From: a virus
Taxonomy: Duplodnaviria > Caudoviricetes
Virus record (IMG/VR): IMGVR_UViG_3300031787_000100
Coordinates: 2,214-66,213 of that record
DNA length: 64,000 bases
Strand: one strand, 5' to 3'
The translations under genes were made by a program, and so were the position numbers. The notes under the pieces are model-generated. The model made no database searches. It saw only the letters and a program-made list of their open reading frames with translations, and was not told the DNA's origin. Below are positions 57,154 through 64,000 of the stretch, one piece after another (position 1 is the stretch's first letter; the number at the start of each line of letters is the position of its first letter).

Positions 57154-57873
57154 TTACGACGGCAGGTTAGTCCAACCGGGAGATTGTTCATCGTTTATGA
57201 CTGTCCATGCGGGCGATTGAGTATTGCCTATATTTTGCCAGTTTGGGTTCTGGTTGTCATCAATAGAACCCCAAACAAGTACGTCACCAATCAAAACATA
57301 AATTTGCACCCCAACAGGGTATACGTTAATTGTGGCGGTAGCACTTAAAGAATCTGCTGCTGCTGCGGCTTCAGCAACCGTACCAATAAACGCGACTTGC
57401 GCTGTTTGGGTATCCGTGCCGGTAGCCCCTTCACTAATGACGGCACCAAAAACTATAGTGGCACTAGACGCATCTAAAGCTGTGGCCAATTCCGAGATGG
57501 CCGCTAAAACACTAGCACTTACACTAAAGGACGCAGTTCCTGTCGCACTTTCCGATAGGGCGGCAAAAACACTTGCAAGCGCCGTTTGAGTATTTGCTGC
57601 CGTTGCAATTTCGGCTATCTGTGCCAATACATCAGTACGCGCTACTTGTGTAGACGTGGCAGTAACTGTTTCACTGTTTGTAGCCAGTAAAGTGTTATTG
57701 GCGTTAAACACCGTGTCAGTGGCCGCAGCAGCTTCTTCCGCAACCCCGCCTAGTGTGGTTTCGGCATCCATAGACGCCAAAGCTACAGCGCTTTCAGAAA
57801 CGGCGAAGCTATACGTATTACCGCCTAAAGCGGCAAAGGGTGCTTGGGCAAATGTAACATCTCCAAACACCAC
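57154..57873 (-). CDS. Ala/Thr-rich structural protein
   Basis: FG...F...PFA N-terminus; repeated SE.A.A units; Q.P.W C-terminal repeats. Confidence 0.65.
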   Translation of the reverse strand: MVFGDVTFAQAPFAALGGNTYSFAVSESAVALASMDAETTLGGVAEEAAAATDTVFNANNTLLATNSETVTATSTQVARTDVLAQIAEIATAANTQTALASVFAALSESATGTASFSVSASVLAAISELATALDASSATIVFGAVISEGATGTDTQTAQVAFIGTVAEAAAAADSLSATATINVYPVGVQIYVLIGDVLVWGSIDDNQNPNWQNIGNTQSPAWTVINDEQSPGWTNLPS

Positions 57874-57879
57874 GCATCC

Positions 57880-58464
57880 TTAAGCTGCGTCAAGCGAGAA
57901 TGTATATGTAACCGCTAATGTATCGCCGTTGTCTACAGTTTTGTCACCACCAGTAAAGTCACCAGCAGAAAACAAAACACCAGATGTACCAGAAGCTGCG
58001 TTTGTTAACAACGCGCCAGCTACCACAGTACCGTTAACCAACATGGAAAACGACGATGGTGCTGCAGAGTTTGAAATTACTGAAGGATCAGCAGTTGTGG
58101 CTGTACCAAATGTAACCGCCTTACGGTTGCCCGTGTATGCTGTACCGGGAACCAACTCAGTCCAGCCTGCGTGAACAGCCAAAGTATTACCGGCGGCGTA
58201 TGTAGTGCCTGAACCGGGGCCTTGCACTAAGCCTAAGTACCAAGCAGCGGTGTAGCCTGAGCCTTGGAAATATTTGGCATTCATGTCCTGTAGACCTTCG
58301 TTTACCACTAAGTTGTGGAACGTGTCAGACCACTTGAACTGACCATCAGAGCCGTGGCAAGTGACTGTAAAAACACCGCCTGCACCCACACGCTCTGTGC
58401 CGTTGGGACGCGCAACCAATGCTGCAGATACTACGTCTTGTGCTTTTGAAATTTCTGTGCTCAT
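57880..58464 (-). CDS. Tail/virion structural protein
   Basis: KW....NLVVNEG..., GDTL.VTYT. Confidence 0.65.
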   Translation of the reverse strand: MSTEISKAQDVVSAALVARPNGTERVGAGGVFTVTCHGSDGQFKWSDTFHNLVVNEGLQDMNAKYFQGSGYTAAWYLGLVQGPGSGTTYAAGNTLAVHAGWTELVPGTAYTGNRKAVTFGTATTADPSVISNSAAPSSFSMLVNGTVVAGALLTNAASGTSGVLFSAGDFTGGDKTVDNGDTLAVTYTFSLDAA

Positions 58465-58473
58465 TTTTAGTCC

Positions 58474-58929
58474 TTACGAGATACGCACGATGGCGCTGTT
58501 TGCATCGGGGGTTGGGAAAATAATTTGGAACGTGTCGTTGGTTACAGTCTTGTCTGCACCAAAGTCCAACACAGCTACAGATGGGTCACCTGCAACAGAG
58601 TCGTTATAGATCAGTGCCCCACGCGCAGTAAACGATGCGTTTGTCCAAGTTGAGTTGTTAAACGAAATAAACGCTGTTGGAACACTAGCAGAGTTGTTAC
58701 CGGATGTTGGCGATGTAGAAATCACCAAAGTATTACCGCCCGCCGTGTAGCCAGTACCTGACACTTCCCCAGTCATACCTACTGTATACGCCGTGGTATC
58801 AGCACTGAGATTGGCTGCGCCTGTAAACAACGCAACTTTAAACGTGTTGGGTGATGTTGGGCCAAAGTTATGTACTGCTTGAAGCAGTTGCACTTTAAAA
58901 CTTGTTGTGGCCGTTTGAAGAATACTCAT
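58474..58929 (-). CDS. Tail/virion structural protein
   Basis: SFK.QLL, GY.AGG.L, ARGALIYN, VLDFG.DK. Confidence 0.65.
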   Translation of the reverse strand: MSILQTATTSFKVQLLQAVHNFGPTSPNTFKVALFTGAANLSADTTAYTVGMTGEVSGTGYTAGGNTLVISTSPTSGNNSASVPTAFISFNNSTWTNASFTARGALIYNDSVAGDPSVAVLDFGADKTVTNDTFQIIFPTPDANSAIVRIS

Positions 58930-59582
58930 GATACCGCCGTTCTTACTTGACCGTCGCGATAAGCATCCATGCGTTGCTTACCATCAGCCAGATTTTTATA
59001 CAGAGCAATTGCTTGAACATAGCGATCTTGCGCTAATTTAACCATTTCCGCATCGCCCTTCATGTAGGTGTACGCTTCGCAGATAGTCCCATACAAAAGC
59101 ACAGAATCAAAGTTATCACCAAGCCAAGATGTGTTAGCGGTAACAATAGACTCAGGGTAGTAGTAATAGTGAAGTTCGGCCATATACGCAGAATCAGGCG
59201 TGGGGCCAACAATAAACGCCAACTCGTTTATATCGTTAGATTGCGGTCCAAAGATTGCATAGTGTTTGGGCTTACCTGTAGTTGTTGGATTTGGATATGC
59301 TTCACGCATGAAGTTCACATCTTTGTTCAGCAAATACAGGTAATCACCGGTACCAGATGCTGGGTATATGGCTAAGCTATATACCGACAAAAAATCAGAT
59401 GGGCACCCCAAATATTTATTGCCAGAACTCAAAGAGCCTGTCACGTTCTTTCTTAAATTAGCAGGTTGCGCCGTGTTATAGATGCGCTGCTCCGCCTGAC
59501 GAATGAACGTATTCATATTGTCAGTTGGGAAAGAATTCTCGCAGTAGTCGCTTACCTGCGTGACAAGCTGGGTGTAGTTCAT
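58926..59582 (-). CDS. Head-tail adaptor / tail tube-like protein (tentative)
   Basis: MNY.QL..FI..AE.RI, G.PK.YA, P.PD..Y..EL.Y. Confidence 0.55.
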   Translation of the reverse strand: MNYTQLVTQVSDYCENSFPTDNMNTFIRQAEQRIYNTAQPANLRKNVTGSLSSGNKYLGCPSDFLSVYSLAIYPASGTGDYLYLLNKDVNFMREAYPNPTTTGKPKHYAIFGPQSNDINELAFIVGPTPDSAYMAELHYYYYPESIVTANTSWLGDNFDSVLLYGTICEAYTYMKGDAEMVKLAQDRYVQAIALYKNLADGKQRMDAYRDGQVRTAVS

Positions 59583-59842
59583 GCCATCGGGCCTCTTGAC
59601 ATTACGCCTTTAGTCGCTGCACCTGCGCCGCGCATCTTAATGCCAGAAGTTTTAGCTGCTGGTTGTGCGCGACGATAAACATTACCCACAGCCATATTAA
59701 CTGTGCCAGCATCGCTGTGATCTGGGCCACTGCCGGGGTTGGTAGAAGCTGTAACTACTTTGCCCGTCATAGTATGCGGTGTGGCGTAGACTTTGGCATC
59801 GCCAACTTCTTTACCCATCATCTTTTTGCTAAATGTAGCCAT
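59579..59842 (-). CDS. Small basic protein
   Basis: C-terminal RGAGAATKG..RGPMA. Confidence 0.65.
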   Translation of the reverse strand: MATFSKKMMGKEVGDAKVYATPHTMTGKVVTASTNPGSGPDHSDAGTVNMAVGNVYRRAQPAAKTSGIKMRGAGAATKGVMSRGPMA

Positions 59843-59844
59843 GA

Positions 59845-60033
59845 TTAGCCTCGCTTCTGTGCGGCAATTTTTGCCAAGTTACGACCCATGGACAACATAT
59901 CGGCATTGGTTTTACCCTTACCTTTACCCTTGCCGCCCATGACTTCTTTTTGAGTAGGGCCACTATTGCCCAAGTTTTTGCCCTCGGTCTTGCCTTTTTT
60001 AGCGATGCCATCGGCTGATCGTGTGTATGCCAT
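59845..60033 (-). CDS. Small basic protein
   Basis: Lys/Gly-rich; ADGIAKKGKT motif. Confidence 0.65.
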   Translation of the reverse strand: MAYTRSADGIAKKGKTEGKNLGNSGPTQKEVMGGKGKGKGKTNADMLSMGRNLAKIAAQKRG

Positions 60034-60034
60034 A

Positions 60035-60427
60035 TTAAGCTCCTATTTGTATCGTTACTGTACCAATTTGTACACCTAATGCCAAGTAGTTTGGCGTTAG
60101 TAAATTATCAAAAAACCTAGACCCACCAACCGGGTTCCAGCCCCATTGAATGTCCCGCGATCCACCTGCGGTGTACCCATTAACGTTAACACCGGAAGTT
60201 ACATACGTTGTGTCTTTGCGAGGATTACGCAAAGCCTGTGGGTCATCCACAGGAAACGTACCCAACATCAACTGCGGCTGGTCAGGGTCCCAGCACTCAG
60301 AGCAAACCAGCAACTGATACTTTCTCTGTTTAATAACTTCGGTTTTAAGCTTTTTGAGCAAGTATTGCTGGCCACAGCGGTCACACATAGCAATCGCTTT
60401 TTTGCCGGATGCGAACCTATTTCCCAT
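60035..60427 (-). CDS. CxxC zinc-binding protein
   Basis: CDRCG...VCSECWD..PQ..DPQAL.NPR. Confidence 0.7.
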   Translation of the reverse strand: MGNRFASGKKAIAMCDRCGQQYLLKKLKTEVIKQRKYQLLVCSECWDPDQPQLMLGTFPVDDPQALRNPRKDTTYVTSGVNVNGYTAGGSRDIQWGWNPVGGSRFFDNLLTPNYLALGVQIGTVTIQIGA

Positions 60428-61353
60428 TATGTGCTACCAATAAACATTTGACGGGGGACAAGCCTGATAGCCGCCTTCTCTCGGTCTTCACCAGCAGCAA
60501 TCTCAAACGCCTCGTTGTACATCATCTTGAGCATTTCGACACGAGGCATCAATTCAGGGACCTTAACCGCAATGTTATACGCCAAGCCCGCTACCAAACA
60601 AGGTAGGAAACGGAAATTCATGTCTGCAGTACTGACCCCAGCGCCAGCGTCTTGAACACGTCTGAGTCTCCAGTATACGAACTGGTAGGGCGTTGAGTTG
60701 TCAGGAGTAGGCCAGACTGTTACGGCTGGTAGTTGGGGCACAAAGACTGCAGTACCATCAGTTTGTGCCGCCGCAGTTGTATTATTCTGACCACGGAACA
60801 CGCCGCCTAAGGTATTACCCGTGACATAACCGTAGTAAATGTCTTCTGTGCCAAGACGGATAAAGCCCGCATTTGCTAACCCAACCACCGTACTAAGCGT
60901 TATTGTGGTGTCCGTTGACGTAATCGCGCCCACCAAGACCGAATTGGTTGGGTTAGTTTCGCCAGAAAGTCTTTGCACCCAGACTTGAATTGGGCGAGCT
61001 TGGCTAAGCTTGTTTGGGATAGTTGCATAAGTAGAGACGCTAATGCGTGTAATGGTTAAGTCCGCTTGCGTAGACGCAGTGTTGGACCCAGTACGAATGA
61101 CGTGTTCTAGCAAATCAATCGTGTCCGTTGGCAGGGCGTAAGTACTAAGCCCCGGAGTCAGGTTAATGATTCCCTGCTCCATTGTCCACATGTTAATACC
61201 CTTAGACTGCCACTCAATAGTCATCAGGTTCATGGAACGACGCGCCGTACGCAAGTCATAACCAGAACGCATTTCACGGCCCGCACGCTCCCACGCTTCC
61301 TCGGCGATCTCCGTGAAGTCCATGTTGAACAGTGTGGTTCCGGTAGTGGTCAT
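60427..61353 (-). CDS. Head-tail adaptor (P22 gp4-like, tentative)
   Basis: EEAWERAG..ARRSMNL..W; WPTPD; RFLPCLVAGLAY. Confidence 0.55.
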   Translation of the reverse strand: MTTTGTTLFNMDFTEIAEEAWERAGREMRSGYDLRTARRSMNLMTIEWQSKGINMWTMEQGIINLTPGLSTYALPTDTIDLLEHVIRTGSNTASTQADLTITRISVSTYATIPNKLSQARPIQVWVQRLSGETNPTNSVLVGAITSTDTTITLSTVVGLANAGFIRLGTEDIYYGYVTGNTLGGVFRGQNNTTAAAQTDGTAVFVPQLPAVTVWPTPDNSTPYQFVYWRLRRVQDAGAGVSTADMNFRFLPCLVAGLAYNIAVKVPELMPRVEMLKMMYNEAFEIAAGEDREKAAIRLVPRQMFIGST

Positions 61354-61583
61354 CTAAATCCTGCCGTTTTCTTTGCAATAGTCTTGGGTTGCGCTACGAA
61401 CTGTTTACCAGATGCCTTACCTGCACGCTTGGCTTTAGTAGTCGCAGCGTATTCTGCTGGAGTTAGAGATTTAATGGCTTTCTCAGGCAAATATCGCTCC
61501 CCCGTCTTACTTGACGGTTTACCAGACTTAGTGCGCCACTTCTGGTCGCCCCAGTCCTTGAGCGATTTCTGAGGAGCTTTCAA
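61350..61583 (-). CDS. Small basic protein (DUF5872-like, tentative)
   Basis: W..QKW.TKSGK..GERYLP..A. Confidence 0.55.
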   Translation of the reverse strand: MKAPQKSLKDWGDQKWRTKSGKPSSKTGERYLPEKAIKSLTPAEYAATTKAKRAGKASGKQFVAQPKTIAKKTAGFR

Positions 61584-61855
61584 TCTCTATACCCCCCACC
61601 AGCATCTTTGTACTTTTTAGCAACAAGCTGTGCTTTACGTGCAGACCACTGTCCTGCGCCTGTACCGTGGGTAGCTGCGGCTTTTACCTGAGACACAATC
61701 CGCTTACGCAGATCAGGTTTAGTGTAGTTGCCAGCCTCATTGACTTTACCGCCTTCAGCATATTGCGTGAAGTCAGTATCATCCCGGCGTGCTTTACGTA
61801 CACCTTTAGGCATCTTAGAGGGCAGGATAGCCCCCATACCACGGCTGGCCATCAT
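61580..61855 (-). CDS. Small basic protein
   Basis: YTKP.LR.RI..GQWSARKAQL....Y...GGGY. Confidence 0.65.
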   Translation of the reverse strand: MMASRGMGAILPSKMPKGVRKARRDDTDFTQYAEGGKVNEAGNYTKPDLRKRIVSQVKAAATHGTGAGQWSARKAQLVAKKYKDAGGGYRD

Positions 61856-61857
61856 GA

Positions 61858-62430
61858 TTAGATGTACTTTCCGCGAGTTTTACCCTTGGATGCAATACCA
61901 TCTGCGCGGCTAGAAGCTGAGCCAAATGAAGGCTTAGCAGTCTTTACACCACCCATCTTAGAAGGCTTTACAGAACCACCGCTCTTCATGCCTAAGCCCG
62001 TACCGCCAAAGTCAACGCTATTTCCACCGCGATCTTTACCGGCAAAAGCGGAGCGCAAGCGCTCGCCAACAGATCGTGTATCAGTCGTACCGCTACCGGC
62101 TCTTGCGCGTTCGCGGCTTGCCTTTGCGCGATCTGCCAAAGACATCTTGGTTACATCATCGGAAGCTGCGGCTGCTTTAGGGGCAGGCTTAGATTCTGCT
62201 TTAGGGGCAGGCTTAGATGCGGCCTTGGGCATAGCCTTGGGGGTAGCCTTGGGGGTAGCCTTGGGGGTAGCTTTTACCGTTCTACTAGAACCCGCATCGC
62301 CAAACTGACCTGCTTCTTCTGCAGCGCTAGCGTCGCCCATTTCTTTAAGTGGGGGTTTGTTAGCTCTATAAGCTTTGTCGGCTTCTTCCATGGCGTCTAT
62401 GTCACCGCCGCCTTCGTAACGTTTTTTCAT
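61858..62430 (-). CDS. Lys/Ala/Pro-rich (histone H1-like low-complexity) protein
   Basis: Start at 62430 from AAGGAG RBS; KATP/KPAP repeats. Confidence 0.7.
   Translation of the reverse strand: MKKRYEGGGDIDAMEEADKAYRANKPPLKEMGDASAAEEAGQFGDAGSSRTVKATPKATPKATPKAMPKAASKPAPKAESKPAPKAAAASDDVTKMSLADRAKASRERARAGSGTTDTRSVGERLRSAFAGKDRGGNSVDFGGTGLGMKSGGSVKPSKMGGVKTAKPSFGSASSRADGIASKGKTRGKYI
62222..62272. repeat. 12-bp coding tandem repeat (GCCTTGGGGGTA, ~4 units)
   Basis: Encodes KATPKATPKATPKAMP. Confidence 0.85.
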
Positions 62431-62441
62431 GTTAACTCCTT

Positions 62442-62786
62442 TTAGCAGGCGTATCCGCCCATGTTCATGGTAATCATTTTGCCTTTGGTTTTGCCTTTTG
62501 AGCAGCATCCATCAGCGGCTTTGGTATAGCCGCCAGCGGCTAATTTGGTTTTGGGCTGACCTTTATGCAAGCGGCTTTCGTGTTTACTTACGGCCTTCTG
62601 CATCATGGCTTTGTCCATCTTTACGTCTTCGTGTTTCATGTCGCCACCTTTAGCAAATTTGCGGCCCTTGTCCGCTTGATTAAAGTCCTTGCCCACGGAT
62701 TGTGGGACGCCTACTTTCTTAGCAAACGATGGGTTGTTAGCCACCGCAGCCATGAAATTGTGTTGCTTTTTAGAACTACTCGGCAC
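62442..62786 (-). CDS. Small basic protein
   Basis: MPS.SKKQH.FMAA.A.NP.FAKKVG.PQSV. Confidence 0.7.
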   Translation of the reverse strand: MPSSSKKQHNFMAAVANNPSFAKKVGVPQSVGKDFNQADKGRKFAKGGDMKHEDVKMDKAMMQKAVSKHESRLHKGQPKTKLAAGGYTKAADGCCSKGKTKGKMITMNMGGYAC

Positions 62787-62967
62787 TTTGTTTGCCTTTC
62801 CTACCCAGCAAATTTTGAACCGTTTCGGTTTCCCAGATGCGGATCACCGTCCACACAATTGTAAAGATTGCGGCAATAGACGGCAACATTTCTACTAGTG
62901 TTCCTACAACAGTCATTATCGACAGCGCATCAACAACATGCTTTGTGGTTTCGTGTGAATCGCTCAT
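62776..62967 (-). CDS. Small membrane protein
   Basis: Hydrophobic LPSIAAIFTIVWTVIRIWET. Confidence 0.6.
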   Translation of the reverse strand: MSDSHETTKHVVDALSIMTVVGTLVEMLPSIAAIFTIVWTVIRIWETETVQNLLGRKGKQSAE

Positions 62968-62968
62968 G

Positions 62969-63223
62969 TCAGCAGTTCCACGCCCGCAGGCTCTTGTTGA
63001 TACGTGAGTCCGGATCGTTGGCCGTCTTTGCACTGGTCAACTTCTTTTTCATGCCACTCATCCGAGCGCAGAAAGAGTCGCGCCGTGAGCCGCCCTCGGG
63101 CTGGGGTGCTTTCAACCCCGGCTTGCCCGGATTGGCTCTGTTGTAGGAAGCACGGCCCTTGGCGTTCAAACCGCCCGCGTCCGATTTGCCTTCCTTGCGC
63201 TGCCATGCTGGACTCTTAGCCAT
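62969..63223 (-). CDS. Small basic protein (DUF6321-like, tentative)
   Basis: GGLN.KGR..YN, RR.SFCARM.G, SR...SLR.W.C. Confidence 0.6.
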   Translation of the reverse strand: MAKSPAWQRKEGKSDAGGLNAKGRASYNRANPGKPGLKAPQPEGGSRRDSFCARMSGMKKKLTSAKTANDPDSRINKSLRAWNC

Positions 63224-63491
63224 AGAACACCACAGCGGTTAGTCCCGCGCCGGTAGTAATGACTAAACTTGTCTCACACAACACGCCTTCACCCGGAATC
63301 CAGATGTCATCCGAGGCTTGACCTGCGACTGTGAAAGTAAATAAAGTAGTTGCGCCATCTTTGACGGCAATTGTAGAAGCGCCGGAAGAACTGTACCAAA
63401 TACCTTTAAAGCGAGCACGTCCTGCATATACGGTAGTGGTTGCACCAGCCGCGCAATCTTTACCTATTACGTCCGTTTGCATCATAATCAA
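63216..63491 (-). CDS. Small beta-rich virion protein
   Basis: IPGEGVL motif; AAGGAG RBS. Confidence 0.65.
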   Translation of the reverse strand: MIMMQTDVIGKDCAAGATTTVYAGRARFKGIWYSSSGASTIAVKDGATTLFTFTVAGQASDDIWIPGEGVLCETSLVITTGAGLTAVVFYG

Positions 63492-63499
63492 TCTCCTTT

Positions 63500-63520
63500 A
63501 AAAACGGGGCCGAAGCCCCT
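63500..63520 (-). terminator. Intrinsic terminator
   Basis: Minus strand GGGGC-TTCG-GCCCC-GTTTTT. Confidence 0.8.
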
Positions 63521-63528
63521 TGAGTTGA

Positions 63529-63999
63529 TTAGGAGTTGGCGAATGGCGTGGCAACAGTGCCTGTACCAAGCACCATACCGGTAACCATGTACTTGTTAGC
63601 AGCAATGGCAACGATTTGAACCCATGAACCTGCAACACCACCAGTGGTAGTGCCGTTCAGGTTAATAAAGTCATTAGCGGCGGCGGCGTTAAAACCAACC
63701 AATGCTGCGCCGTCGGTATCGGCATCGTTCATAACAATCGTGCCAACGTACTTGTCAGTGCCGTTAGTGCCAATCTTCAATGAGCTAGTGGCAATTGTTG
63801 TAGGAACCCAAATTGTGTACACAACACCTTCATTGTTAGCTGTGCTGGGGTCTTGACCGGGGCCAGATGTGGTGGAGTTAGCCGATGTGTTAATGGCTGG
63901 CAATGTCAAAGTCAGTGCAGCAGCCAATGTGCCACCAACAGAAATAATGCGACCGCCATGAGCTTCTGGGCTTAATGTGGTGCTTGCTGTGATTTCAAC
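63529..63999 (-). CDS. Virion (possibly capsid decoration) protein, 5' end outside the window
   Basis: Frame open to the window edge; TLPA..G..Y, LNGTTTGG..G, ATPFA. Confidence 0.6.
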   Translation of the reverse strand, partial: VEITASTTLSPEAHGGRIISVGGTLAAALTLTLPAINTSANSTTSGPGQDPSTANNEGVVYTIWVPTTIATSSLKIGTNGTDKYVGTIVMNDADTDGAALVGFNAAAANDFINLNGTTTGGVAGSWVQIVAIAANKYMVTGMVLGTGTVATPFANS

Positions 64000-64000
64000 A

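Noticed and set aside
30314-63856. Many plus-strand and alternate-frame ORFs over the late genes, and minus-strand ORFs over the early genes
   Set aside because: Shadow frames of long, codon-biased genes with no RBS or recognisable motifs.

Overview
Most of a dsDNA tailed-phage genome with podovirus-like (P22-type portal/tail) architecture; a proteobacterial, possibly freshwater, host is my inference. The late/virion genes are on the minus strand: HNH, terminase, portal, GroES and scaffold at 1-6765, then small basic proteins, head-tail adaptors, fibres, glycine-rich paralogs, lysis genes and ejection/polyvalent proteins at 29962-64000. I see no major capsid gene; it probably lies just outside the window. 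Early and replication genes are on the plus strand (7060-29968): MoxR-type AAA ATPase with a vWA/metallopeptidase partner, glutaredoxin, family A DNA polymerase, nucleases, SNF2 helicase, SSB-like protein and primase-helicase. I saw no integrase, tRNA or CRISPR array. The most unusual part is the early control region. It has a perfect sigma70 promoter followed by an rRNA-operon-like boxB-boxA-boxC antitermination leader, then a ~720-nt ORF-free segment rich in nested helices (candidate large ncRNA). Twelve strong copies plus three partial or degenerate copies of a quasi-palindrome, AA(C/G)TTATAA(CC/GG)TTATAACTT, mark gene boundaries only between 6.8 and 17.7 kb. An RHH/HTH regulator and a TraR/DksA-like zinc finger gene lie alongside. 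All calls come from reading motifs by eye; no database searches or folding programs were run.
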